From a virus: a DNA stretch of 64,000 nucleotides. Made by a program: the position numbers and the translations under genes. Of this stretch, positions 46,700 through 55,416 are shown piece after piece (position 1 is the stretch's first letter; every line of letters starts with the position of its first letter). Below the pieces are notes generated by a model. The model saw only the letters and a list, made by a program, of their open reading frames with translations. It did not search any database and was not told the DNA's origin. The stretch lies in the IMG/VR virus record IMGVR_UViG_3300020183_000011; one strand, given 5' to 3'.

Positions 46700-47673
46700 C
46701 AAGGTTTATCGATAACGTCGAATATAAGAACATCACTTATAAAGGTACATCACCAGTATTACTAAAAGATGGAAAGCCTACAGAGTCTTGGATGAAGGAC
46801 TGGTCACTTGATAAACGTCTCGATAAGTTTTTTGAGTTCTGTCAAGAGTTTGATTTACGTCGTGATCAACTACTAGCAGAAGACTATCAGATCTTCTCAC
46901 ATCGTTTACATTGGCATGAACATCCGTTCTGTGATATCATGAAGAAGGTCATTGATCCTAAGTTAAGATTATGGTACACGCTTACGTTCTCCTTTAGTAA
47001 CGAACACTGGGGCACACTAACACGATTGATGTATCAAGGTCCAGAAAACCTAAGAGAACACTTCAAAGAAAACAGGCATGCACGTAATGACTTGTTTCAG
47101 ATCTACTATCCTAAGAACACTAACGTCAAAGAATGGTTGATCGATGGTCCTATGAAAGCTGCTGAGGAGATGTGGGGGTTTCTTGATAAACATCGTAATA
47201 GGTTAGGACGACCATACACGATGATGGAGTATGCAAAGTTATTAGAGAAGTATTTCAAAGAGAAACAAAACTTTCGTAGTCCATTATATCCATGCAAGAA
47301 CGCCGCACGATACATGGCTATGGCATATCCAGACATCGTAGATCCAGAGTCAGTATTGTTTGGTGGTACTGGTCACTTTGATGGTATGCATCAGATATTT
47401 GGTGTTAACTTAAACGGCAAAGTACAGTATGAGATCGATGTAGATGGTCAGTTCATACCTAAGAATAAGAACGGTGAGTTATGGCTATCACAGATGTATC
47501 AGCTTAGAGATGATCCACGCAACCCAATGAGAAAACAGAAGATGTTAAATATAGAAGATAAGACATGTTTCTTTTATAAGCACATTGCTATATCACATGG
47601 TGTTAAGTCACCTACTAAACGTATACCATATAACTGGATATTCCCTGAAACATTTAGTTTGAGGGTGGCATGA
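46684..47673 (+). CDS. aGPT-PPlase / amino acid:DNA transferase-like protein (paralogue 2)
   Basis: FFEFCQEFDLRRDQLL, GGTGHFDG, NIEDKTCFFYKH (E-D-x-x-C-x-F motif shared with paralogue 1). Confidence 0.5.
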   Translation: MQNTLTRFIDNVEYKNITYKGTSPVLLKDGKPTESWMKDWSLDKRLDKFFEFCQEFDLRRDQLLAEDYQIFSHRLHWHEHPFCDIMKKVIDPKLRLWYTLTFSFSNEHWGTLTRLMYQGPENLREHFKENRHARNDLFQIYYPKNTNVKEWLIDGPMKAAEEMWGFLDKHRNRLGRPYTMMEYAKLLEKYFKEKQNFRSPLYPCKNAARYMAMAYPDIVDPESVLFGGTGHFDGMHQIFGVNLNGKVQYEIDVDGQFIPKNKNGELWLSQMYQLRDDPRNPMRKQKMLNIEDKTCFFYKHIAISHGVKSPTKRIPYNWIFPETFSLRVA

Positions 47674-48572
47674 GAACGTTCGTTGAAGGTGTAAACAAAG
47701 AAGTAGGCATGATGTCATGGTTAGAGGCCAAAGACTATTACCTATCTCTATGTGAAGGATGGACACCATATAACCCAGATCCGGTTGTTATTGAACATGA
47801 AGGCGTGCGAGTAGTTCGAGATGACCTTATCGTTGGTACAAAGACAAGAGCTGGTGATCTGCTAGCAGCAAAGATACCAAACGACACGTTAGTATATGTA
47901 CAGCCGAGAGTCGGGCTTGCTGGTGTATCTCTATGTGATGTAGCTAAGATACATGGTAAGAAGATCGTGTTGTTCATGCCATCATCAAAGCAGATATCAC
48001 ATCATCAAGCATGTTGTATTGAACGTGGGGCAGAGGTGCATTTTGAACGCATAGCTGCTATGCCTAACCTAAACTTAGCTGCTAAGAAGTATGCAGAGGA
48101 AAATGGTTATGCATTCATACCGCTTGGTTTAAAGCATGAACTAGCAACAGCAGGTATTGTATATGCTGCATCTAAGGTGCCAGAACCTGATGAAGTTTAT
48201 GTAGCTATAAGTACTGGTGTACTATCACGTGCACTACAGATCGCATGGCCAAATGCAAAGTTCCATTCGGTAGCTGTAGCTCGTAACCTACAACAAGGAG
48301 AATTAGGTAGAGCAGAATTTATTGACGAACCACTTGAATTTGCAACACCCGAAAAGCTTGAGAACTTACCGCCGTTCCCTACAGTACGTACATACGATGC
48401 TAAAGTTTGGAAGTACATACCAAAAAATACGGGTAAGAACATACTGATGTGGAACGTTGGAACAGATCCAGTATTAAACGATTACAGTATCATAGATAAG
48501 ACAGACTCATATAGAAAATGGAAAAAAGATGAAACTACTACTAACACAGCCACTCTCGCCAGTTTCCAATAA
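47670..48572 (+). CDS. PLP-dependent enzyme, fold type II (cysteine synthase/desulfhydrase-like)
   Basis: VVRDDLIVGTKTR (PLP lysine), AKIHGKKIVLFMP, VAISTGVL phosphate loop, YDAKVW. Confidence 0.8.
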   Translation: MRTFVEGVNKEVGMMSWLEAKDYYLSLCEGWTPYNPDPVVIEHEGVRVVRDDLIVGTKTRAGDLLAAKIPNDTLVYVQPRVGLAGVSLCDVAKIHGKKIVLFMPSSKQISHHQACCIERGAEVHFERIAAMPNLNLAAKKYAEENGYAFIPLGLKHELATAGIVYAASKVPEPDEVYVAISTGVLSRALQIAWPNAKFHSVAVARNLQQGELGRAEFIDEPLEFATPEKLENLPPFPTVRTYDAKVWKYIPKNTGKNILMWNVGTDPVLNDYSIIDKTDSYRKWKKDETTTNTATLASFQ

Positions 48573-49581
48573 GATACACTCGCATAAGGCATCACAAGGT
48601 ATCATCTATGCTGATCAGCTAAAGAATGCTGGGATGGATGTGACTGTCCACATGACTGGTAATCAACTACTTGACTATAATGCATACGATACAGTAGCGT
48701 TATATCATGGTAATGACTGGGGTGGATCACTCAACCTATTCGGTGGATTAGAGAACTATGCAAACATAGAGTACATCATCGCACTAAGTAACTTTCGAGG
48801 TGCAGTATGGTCGCTAGCGATAGATATGCCAGATTATTGGGGTATGTTATATCCGCGAGTCGAGGATGCTATTCGCAATGACAAGAAGATGAACAAGCTA
48901 TGGAAACAGGTAGATTGGGTTGGATTAAAAGATCTACAAGAACGAGCTATCACCTATGATCCAAACCTTGCTAAGAGATATAATAAGATAGCGATAGGTG
49001 ACAGCCATGCTATTTGTATGTACAGACCCGGATGGATGAACGTATCTACTCCGTTTAAGACATTACATGGAGCCATCTCAATGGGCTTCGACTCATTCAT
49101 ACCAGAAGGTGAGTACAATGAAATCGAAGTATACTTTGGCAACATTGATATTCGTCACCATTTGATGAGACAACTGGATCCGATTCAATCTACTAGAGAT
49201 CTTGCTGCTAGGTATATAAAAGAATGTCTACGCATTAAAGATCTATATAAAGCAAACGTTATGATATGGGAACAGTTACCTATAGAGAACGAGTCTCGAA
49301 TATTACCAAAGACTGGTTACTATAAAGGTACTGCATACACTGGAACACAGAAGGAACGTGATAACCTTCGTAAGATATTTAAAGAAGAGTTGTTGAAAGG
49401 TCCGATACCTGTATTTGAATGGGTAGACGACATGATAAACGATAAGGGTGAGCTTGATTTTGAGTTCATGGAGAAGCCTAAGTCGGTCCACTTGTCCAGA
49501 GCCTCATACCCACATTGGACTGGAGCTGACTGGAATGCTCCAAAAGCGTCCCCAAATAGTCTAGAGACATTCTTTTTATAA
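48529..49581 (+). CDS. Hypothetical protein with SGNH-like C-terminal domain
   Basis: IAIGDSHA, YFGNIDIRHH, SVHLS resemble SGNH blocks I, III and V. Confidence 0.55.
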   Translation: MKLLLTQPLSPVSNKIHSHKASQGIIYADQLKNAGMDVTVHMTGNQLLDYNAYDTVALYHGNDWGGSLNLFGGLENYANIEYIIALSNFRGAVWSLAIDMPDYWGMLYPRVEDAIRNDKKMNKLWKQVDWVGLKDLQERAITYDPNLAKRYNKIAIGDSHAICMYRPGWMNVSTPFKTLHGAISMGFDSFIPEGEYNEIEVYFGNIDIRHHLMRQLDPIQSTRDLAARYIKECLRIKDLYKANVMIWEQLPIENESRILPKTGYYKGTAYTGTQKERDNLRKIFKEELLKGPIPVFEWVDDMINDKGELDFEFMEKPKSVHLSRASYPHWTGADWNAPKASPNSLETFFL

Positions 49582-49648
49582 GTTATTGATTTATATAGCA
49601 ATTTATTTTAACATACCTATGTACATTAATTCGTGCATAGGGTATAAT
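49579..49648 (+). promoter_or_regulatory. IHF-consensus site (49579-49591) plus TGTACA-N17-TATAAT promoter (49620-49648)
   Basis: TAAGTTATTGATTTATATAGCA is shared with 33945. Confidence 0.7.
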
Positions 49649-49655
49649 GATTTAT

Positions 49656-49994
49656 ATGATAATACGTCCGCACATTCCTAGGCGCAAGCCTAAAAAACCT
49701 AATGCTAAGCAACGTCAGCTCAAGGCTGATTGGCAAGCGCTATTAGCTAAGTACGATATTAAACCCGGTCACAAAGCAACTAAATCTAAGTTGCCGTCTG
49801 ATCCAGTAGTTATTCGTCGAGAAACTCCAAGCTATCCATCATTGAATAGCGGTGTTGGCTCGACAGCTAAAAAAGCATCACAACAATATACAGGTGATGC
49901 TATGATAGGTATCGGTCAGCTGCATAAATCCAATGCAGTTCCTATTTTCAAAGCCGAAGATGCAATAGACATTTCAAAAATGAGGAGAAACTAA
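49656..49994 (+). CDS. Basic conserved phage hypothetical protein
   Basis: YTG...IGIGQLHKSNAVP...A.DISKMRR; ATG 49656 lies 8 nt after the -10 box. Confidence 0.7.
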   Translation: MIIRPHIPRRKPKKPNAKQRQLKADWQALLAKYDIKPGHKATKSKLPSDPVVIRRETPSYPSLNSGVGSTAKKASQQYTGDAMIGIGQLHKSNAVPIFKAEDAIDISKMRRN

Positions 49995-50663
49995 ATGAAA
50001 GCTAAAAATTTATCAGCTCTTTTAGCGTCATTACTATTAGTTGTTGGGTGTAGTTCTAATCCTAAAGTTGCAACTATTACTAATCCGTTAGAAGCAAAGC
50101 CAGATATTAAAAAACAAGAGGTCAAGTTCCTTGAACAATATGGTCATGTGAAACTTGAGTTCGATGAAAACGGTGAAGAGTGGTTAACACTTGAATCTAC
50201 AGGTACTGCTCCATTAAACTTCAATCATGCAAATTCTCGTGAAGAGGCGTTCATGGTTGCAAACATGAGAGCACAACGAAACCTAACAGAGTTCTTAAGC
50301 TCATCAGTCAAGTCTGATAAGGTTACTGACTCAATCTCTAAAGTAGTGTTAGATGATAACATCAACGGTTCAACTAGCGATACTAAAAAGCCAACACAAG
50401 GCTTAGATGCACTAGGTGAGATGGTAGGTATTGACAAGACTGAAACTGCTTCTGAAAATACAGAGAAACGTAACCGTGCAAACAAAGTAGCACAGACAGT
50501 TAAAGAGACTATAAGTCAATCAGCAAACGGTATCTTAAAAGGTACTATGATCGTAGAACGTAAGATCGATGCTGATGTGAACATGGTCGCTGTGACTATC
50601 AGAGTATCTAAGAAGTCAATCAATGCTTCACGTAAGATTAGAAACCAAATGGACGGTGTATAA
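49995..50663 (+). CDS. Lipoprotein, LPP20-like
   Basis: Lipobox LVVGC; A..RAQRNLTEFL; SANGILKG; VAVTIRVS. Confidence 0.65.
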   Translation: MKAKNLSALLASLLLVVGCSSNPKVATITNPLEAKPDIKKQEVKFLEQYGHVKLEFDENGEEWLTLESTGTAPLNFNHANSREEAFMVANMRAQRNLTEFLSSSVKSDKVTDSISKVVLDDNINGSTSDTKKPTQGLDALGEMVGIDKTETASENTEKRNRANKVAQTVKETISQSANGILKGTMIVERKIDADVNMVAVTIRVSKKSINASRKIRNQMDGV

Positions 50664-50791
50664 TGATTAAATTTATAATCGGAGCGATCGTAGGCTTTTA
50701 TATAGGTAGCATAGGTGTTGAAGCATCTGTGGCTAAATTAAACACTGCTGTAGATACTGTACAAGAATGGTCTACTAGTGCGACTAAATAA
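50663..50791 (+). CDS. Small membrane protein
   Basis: MIKFIIGAIVGFYIGSIGV...; coupled by TAATG. Confidence 0.55.
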   Translation: MIKFIIGAIVGFYIGSIGVEASVAKLNTAVDTVQEWSTSATK

Positions 50792-51809
50792 ATTACTTTT
50801 AGCCGCACTAGCTTTTGCTGTTAACGCTAACGCAGAAGTCGTAGTGGTCACAGGCTATGGTGATAGCTATGAAGCTGCACTTAAGAACGCTAAGATAGCT
50901 GCGCTTGAAAAAGTTGTTGGTACTTTCATCATATCAGACACGATATGGAGATCTAACGAAAATGTCTTCGAACAGATCAAGCAGTATAATGGTGGTGTCA
51001 TCAAGTCTTATAAAGTAATTGATCAAAGACAAGGTCAAGTCACCATACAAGCAGACGTTGACGTTATTAAAAACAATAAGATGTTAGTTGAAAATGGTGC
51101 AACTTTAGACCAAGACCAACTAAACTCTAAGATCGATGACTTTAATAATAAGTTGAATATAGTTCAGCACTTAGATGACCCTAAAAAGGCGTTCTATATA
51201 AAGCCAGTGCAAGTGCAAGCTATACCAAAGGGCACACATGTATCTTTTAAGATAAACACACATGTGCAATGGCAGCCAAAATGGATATCAGATATCAAGT
51301 CATTTCACAGTTTAGTAGATGACAAAGGCAACACACATACTGACACAAGAGACAGGATCAATGGTGCTTTACTAAATAAAGCTATGACTACTAACCCATA
51401 CTTAGCCATACTTGGGTCTTTAGCTTATAGTGGTACTCAGCAAACGTATCAAACATCACAAGACCCAATGTTATGTTTATCTGATAAAAGGACTAGTGGT
51501 GATGTGACATGCTATAACGTAGCAGGCGGACTTAATAACATGCCGTATCATGAGATGAAGGTAGAAGTCGCAGCTTATGATTTAAACGGCAAAGAACTAT
51601 ATAAGACTAATGTTGACGTACAAAATGATATCATGTACGAATGGGTACAAGCTGGTCAAACAAAAAGATCTAGGTGGGGAGTAACACGAACCTTCGATCA
51701 ACCAGCCATCATAGTTTATGAAAATGAAGCCATGCGTTTCAATATAGACTTAACTATGCCGACTAATGTTGGAAAAAACGTTAACAATATAACCGTAAGG
51801 AGCATATGA
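50778..51809 (+). CDS. Secreted protein with FlgT/LPP20-like N-terminal domain
   Basis: Signal peptide ANA-E; VTGYGDSYEAALKNAKIAALEKVVGTFIIS...GVIKSYKVI. Confidence 0.65.
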   Translation: MRLNKLLLAALAFAVNANAEVVVVTGYGDSYEAALKNAKIAALEKVVGTFIISDTIWRSNENVFEQIKQYNGGVIKSYKVIDQRQGQVTIQADVDVIKNNKMLVENGATLDQDQLNSKIDDFNNKLNIVQHLDDPKKAFYIKPVQVQAIPKGTHVSFKINTHVQWQPKWISDIKSFHSLVDDKGNTHTDTRDRINGALLNKAMTTNPYLAILGSLAYSGTQQTYQTSQDPMLCLSDKRTSGDVTCYNVAGGLNNMPYHEMKVEVAAYDLNGKELYKTNVDVQNDIMYEWVQAGQTKRSRWGVTRTFDQPAIIVYENEAMRFNIDLTMPTNVGKNVNNITVRSI

Positions 51810-52030
51810 TGCCAGAAAAAGACAGGCGTACAGATAATTGGGGTGGTTACTGGGATTATAATCGAGATCCAAGACAGTATCACTTTCCACACAGTACTAG
51901 GGAAATTGGATGGGGCGAATATGAACCTCAATTCAATGGTCATAAAAAGCCAGCTGAACTCATAAACTGGTGGATGGTAGGATTCTTTGTCTTACTATTC
52001 TTATTACTACATAACTTAGGAATAATTTAG
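51806..52030 (+). CDS. Small membrane protein
   Basis: C-terminal hydrophobic helix; AAGGAG RBS. Confidence 0.6.
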   Translation: MMPEKDRRTDNWGGYWDYNRDPRQYHFPHSTREIGWGEYEPQFNGHKKPAELINWWMVGFFVLLFLLLHNLGII

Positions 52031-52815
52031 TGAAATTAGCATTCGCATCAGATCTACACTTAGAGTTTGAACCCATCACTCTCAATAATGACGAGAATGC
52101 TGATGTATTGGTGCTTGCCGGCGATATATGCGTGGCGAAACACTTTGATTCAAGACCTAACCTAACAGAATCTTATAAACAATTCTTTGAGGATTGTAGT
52201 AAGAAGTTTAAGCATATCATTTATGTGATAGGCAACCATGAGCATTATCATTATGTCTTTAATGATACTCACAAGCAATTACTTCAAAACCTAGGCCATG
52301 TGCCTAATATTCACATATTAAACAATCAGACTGTTACCATAGATGACATCACCTTTGTGGGTGGTACCATGTGGACAAATATGAATGAAGAAGATTCAAT
52401 GACTATGGGCGCTGTTACCGACTTCATGCCCGACTGGAGAATCATTAAGTATTTTGATGGAGTGAACTATCGTAAATATACACCTCAGCTATCCATACAA
52501 GAGTTTGATAGAACTGTCCAGTATATTAACATTGTCACCCAGCCAAAAGACAAGAAGTTTGTAGTGATTACACACCATAGCCCATCATTTCAATCCTGCC
52601 ATGAGAAATGGTCTGGTGATATTGGTAATGGCGCCTTTCATACGAACCTTGATGATTTTATTGCCTATCGCCCACAGATTAAAGCCTGGGTCCATGGTCA
52701 CACCCATGACCCTTGCGAATATGATATAAGTACCACAAGAATCGTCTGTAACCCCCGTGGCTATCCAAAAGAAGGTGGTCATGGATCTTTTAAATTAAAA
52801 TATGTGGAGGTTTAA
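52030..52815 (+). CDS. Calcineurin-like metallophosphoesterase
   Basis: SDLHLE, LAGDI, GNHEHY, THHSP, HGHTH, NPRGY. Confidence 0.92.
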   Translation: MKLAFASDLHLEFEPITLNNDENADVLVLAGDICVAKHFDSRPNLTESYKQFFEDCSKKFKHIIYVIGNHEHYHYVFNDTHKQLLQNLGHVPNIHILNNQTVTIDDITFVGGTMWTNMNEEDSMTMGAVTDFMPDWRIIKYFDGVNYRKYTPQLSIQEFDRTVQYINIVTQPKDKKFVVITHHSPSFQSCHEKWSGDIGNGAFHTNLDDFIAYRPQIKAWVHGHTHDPCEYDISTTRIVCNPRGYPKEGGHGSFKLKYVEV

Positions 52816-53002
52816 AGTGAAAAAAAAGAACTATAATTTATTTACAACATCTTACGGTGAAACAGTCGTTAGGATTGAAAATCGTTTTGCGTTTCCTAAA
52901 TGGGCTTTAAAAACATATGGTAAGAATTGGATCAATAACAAAATGTTGATCGGATCATACTCTAAAGAGCAAATGCTATTGTGTTTGAAGAATGCAAAAT
53001 GA
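52802..53002 (+). CDS. Hypothetical protein
   Basis: Coupled small ORF; start uncertain. Confidence 0.45.
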   Translation: MWRFKVKKKNYNLFTTSYGETVVRIENRFAFPKWALKTYGKNWINNKMLIGSYSKEQMLLCLKNAK

Positions 53003-53163
53003 TCATTAAACTAGATATAAATGAGATACCAGACGAAGTATATAACAAGCTTCTGATGGAGTTCGTAAAGAAAGCGATCATTGAAGGCATCGACGTACCT
53101 CGTGGTGCTAAGGTAGAGGATTGGAACTTAACTGCAGAGCTAATCATTCCAACTGTACATTAA
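52999..53163 (+). CDS. Hypothetical protein
   Basis: Coupled small ORF (ATGA overlap). Confidence 0.5.
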   Translation: MIIKLDINEIPDEVYNKLLMEFVKKAIIEGIDVPRGAKVEDWNLTAELIIPTVH

Positions 53164-53399
53164 TGAACGAATATCGAATAGAAACATTCGTGCGCAGACT
53201 TAATAAATTAGGCATAGATGTAACATTTGCTGCCAATTATCCTTGGATTTATTTTGATACTATTAATGGTAAAGAAGTAACAGGAACATTTCATGCTAAT
53301 CATGGATGGACTGCATTTTTTAGTCCTGTTGATTTACATGGTCAAGTTAAATTTAGTGATAGACGAGAAGTATTTAAAAAGGTAAGAAGCATGCTATGA
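53163..53399 (+). CDS. Hypothetical protein
   Basis: NYPWIYFDTING...F.ANHGWTAFF; coupled by TAATG. Confidence 0.6.
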   Translation: MNEYRIETFVRRLNKLGIDVTFAANYPWIYFDTINGKEVTGTFHANHGWTAFFSPVDLHGQVKFSDRREVFKKVRSML

Positions 53400-54031
53400 T
53401 AGTATATAAAAACAAACCAAAGAACAGTTGGATATCTCCATATGAGATCGTCGATAAGTTAATCTTTTGGCGTGAGGTAGGCTATGATGAACCATTAGTT
53501 GAGAACATCGTCAAGTATACAAAACTTGGTTGGTTCTGTGGTGTATTATATGACATTAGATCATTCTTTGAACGTGACATCAACTACGTTAAGATCGATC
53601 CATGGGATGCATGGTCAGTCGATAGTACCTTATCTCCTATCATCGCACCATTACTTAAAGAACTTAAACGTGTAAAACATGGATCTCCATTTGTAGAAGA
53701 CGAAGATGTACCATTAAAATTAAGACGCAATCAAAAAGGTAAAACATCTGCTCGATATCAGGATACCCATTCTACCGATGAGGATAATGATCCTATATTT
53801 CATAAACGATGGGACTATATACTTGATGAGATGATCTGGACATTTGAACAGTTATCTGATTGGGATCATGATGGTAAATTCTACGATCATACTAAATCTC
53901 GTAAAGAAAAGGATCTAAATAAATCAGTACGTAAGATTAAAGTAGATAAAGTTGGTCTAAAGAAACACTGGGCGCGTATTGATAACGGTCTAAGACTATT
54001 TGGAAAATACTATAGAGCATTATGGGACTAG
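53396..54031 (+). CDS. Conserved phage hypothetical protein
   Basis: IDPWDAWSVDSTL..II.P.L, RWDYILDEMIWTF, GLRLFGKYY..LWD. Confidence 0.75.
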   Translation: MIVYKNKPKNSWISPYEIVDKLIFWREVGYDEPLVENIVKYTKLGWFCGVLYDIRSFFERDINYVKIDPWDAWSVDSTLSPIIAPLLKELKRVKHGSPFVEDEDVPLKLRRNQKGKTSARYQDTHSTDEDNDPIFHKRWDYILDEMIWTFEQLSDWDHDGKFYDHTKSRKEKDLNKSVRKIKVDKVGLKKHWARIDNGLRLFGKYYRALWD

Positions 54032-54195
54032 AAGAGATATGGAAGCAACTCTATGAATTCTATGGAGATCAACTGGCGCATCCTGAAGTTGAGCCTAAAC
54101 GATTTGCTTATCAATGTAAGTTGTTTCGTTACATAAATAGTAATGGTCAAAAGCCTTTTAATAACATCCCACAAGGAAAAGAAAATGGAATTTAA
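54022..54195 (+). CDS. Small hypothetical protein (not in ORF track)
   Basis: MGLEEIWKQLYEFYGDQLAHPEVEPKRFAYQCKLFRY...; overlaps both neighbours. Confidence 0.5.
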   Translation: MGLEEIWKQLYEFYGDQLAHPEVEPKRFAYQCKLFRYINSNGQKPFNNIPQGKENGI

Positions 54196-54346
54196 AAATA
54201 AAGACGAAGTGGTCATCGTCGACGAAAAAGTAACCACAGTATTTGAAGCAAAACAAGTGGATCCTGTATATCCATGCGATGGTATAGGTAAAACAAAAAT
54301 CCAATGCAGTAAGAGATGGATAGAATCATTATCTGACTGCGCTTAA
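54185..54346 (+). CDS. Small hypothetical protein with three Cys
   Basis: AAGGA RBS; MEFKNKDE...PCDGIGKTKIQCSKRWIESLSDCA. Confidence 0.55.
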   Translation: MEFKNKDEVVIVDEKVTTVFEAKQVDPVYPCDGIGKTKIQCSKRWIESLSDCA

Positions 54347-54361
54347 CTTAAGGAATATATT

Positions 54362-54526
54362 ATGGACGTAATTTTAATGATATTTGGTATGAGTTTTGTA
54401 GATAGCATGATATCTCCCCAGGCCCCACAAGCGATCGTGGTTGAGGTCGCTAAGTTTCAGCCTAAAAAAGATGAGCCGGACCCATATGCATGGCTTATTG
54501 CAGAACTAAATGAACCTTCCCAGTAA
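54362..54526 (+). CDS. Small hypothetical protein (not in ORF track)
   Basis: AAGGA RBS; MDVILMIFGMSFVDSMISPQAP... (54 aa). Confidence 0.5.
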   Translation: MDVILMIFGMSFVDSMISPQAPQAIVVEVAKFQPKKDEPDPYAWLIAELNEPSQ

Positions 54527-54563
54527 TACAAACCTATTAGCTAGTAAGCAAACTATGTCCTAG

Positions 54564-54692
54564 GCTGTCCTGGGCAGCTCCCAGATAAAAGTCCAATGTA
54601 ATCAAAGACTTATATATTATGCAAGTTATTGATCCATATAGCAATTTATTTTTAGCTCCGCTATGTACATTAATTAGCAAATACTATATAAT
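54564..54692 (+). promoter_or_regulatory. Early promoter cassette: GC-rich 12-mer, two IHF-like sites (54600-12, 54622-34) and TGTACA-N17-TATAAT (54664-92)
   Basis: AATCAAAGACTTA and CAAGTTATTGATC; the 12-mer is the reverse complement of 33982-33993. Confidence 0.65.
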
Positions 54693-54720
54693 GGTTCTAT
54701 ATTAATAAGGAGAGAGATTA

Positions 54721-54921
54721 ATGATTACAAATATCACAGAAAAGCAAGCTTTAGATTATATCACAGCTTATGCTACACAAGATCATGATGGCGATTTTCT
54801 AGCTGCTATGATCCATATCAAAGAAAACATTTCAGATATTGCCGACATCAAGCTTCGTGTTTGCTTTGCGATAGCTTTTAACGGCTTTCAAAACTTCTTT
54901 GCTGAACCGGAGGCTGTATAA
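54721..54921 (+). CDS. Hypothetical early protein
   Basis: AAGGAG RBS after the promoter. Confidence 0.6.
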   Translation: MITNITEKQALDYITAYATQDHDGDFLAAMIHIKENISDIADIKLRVCFAIAFNGFQNFFAEPEAV

Positions 54922-55175
54922 TGAGAACATCAACCAGTTATGTAATGACAGTGGATCCATTATCTGCTGTGGACATGGAAAAGCTAGACGCTGTTCGTAA
55001 GACAGTATCTATGCTTAACAAGAATTCACCTACTAAAAAATATGTTAAGCTTCATGGGCGTGGTCCTCGTATTTTACCAGCCTTTGCTGCAGGTAAAAGT
55101 ATCAGTAGGTTCCAACAAGAATTGCCATTAGCTTATGCAGAACGTTTCGATGTCTATATTTACAGAAGGAGATAA
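54921..55175 (+). CDS. Hypothetical protein
   Basis: YVKLHGRGPR...AERFDVYIY; coupled ORF. Confidence 0.6.
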   Translation: MRTSTSYVMTVDPLSAVDMEKLDAVRKTVSMLNKNSPTKKYVKLHGRGPRILPAFAAGKSISRFQQELPLAYAERFDVYIYRRR

Positions 55176-55176
55176 T

Positions 55177-55416
55177 ATGACACAGCTAGACTTATTCAAA
55201 GACGAAGACCAACAAGTTAAGGACTTCGTAGAAGCAAATTCGTTTCATCTGACTGATGACGTGGTTGACTATATCAACGAACGTCTTACTGAGATGTTTA
55301 ACATCGACTATGATACTATACATGTGGATGACTTCGATACTAAGTGTGCCATGGCCGAAGCCATGATGAAGCAGATTGGTAAGAACTTACAGTCAACACC
55401 CGAGGAATGGATCTGA
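55177..55416 (+). CDS. Hypothetical acidic protein
   Basis: AAGGAG RBS before ATG 55177. Confidence 0.6.
   Translation: MTQLDLFKDEDQQVKDFVEANSFHLTDDVVDYINERLTEMFNIDYDTIHVDDFDTKCAMAEAMMKQIGKNLQSTPEEWI

Noticed and set aside
53154-53183. TGTACATTAA motif as another promoter
   Set aside because: No -10 box at 17-nt spacing; it coincides with a stop-start junction.
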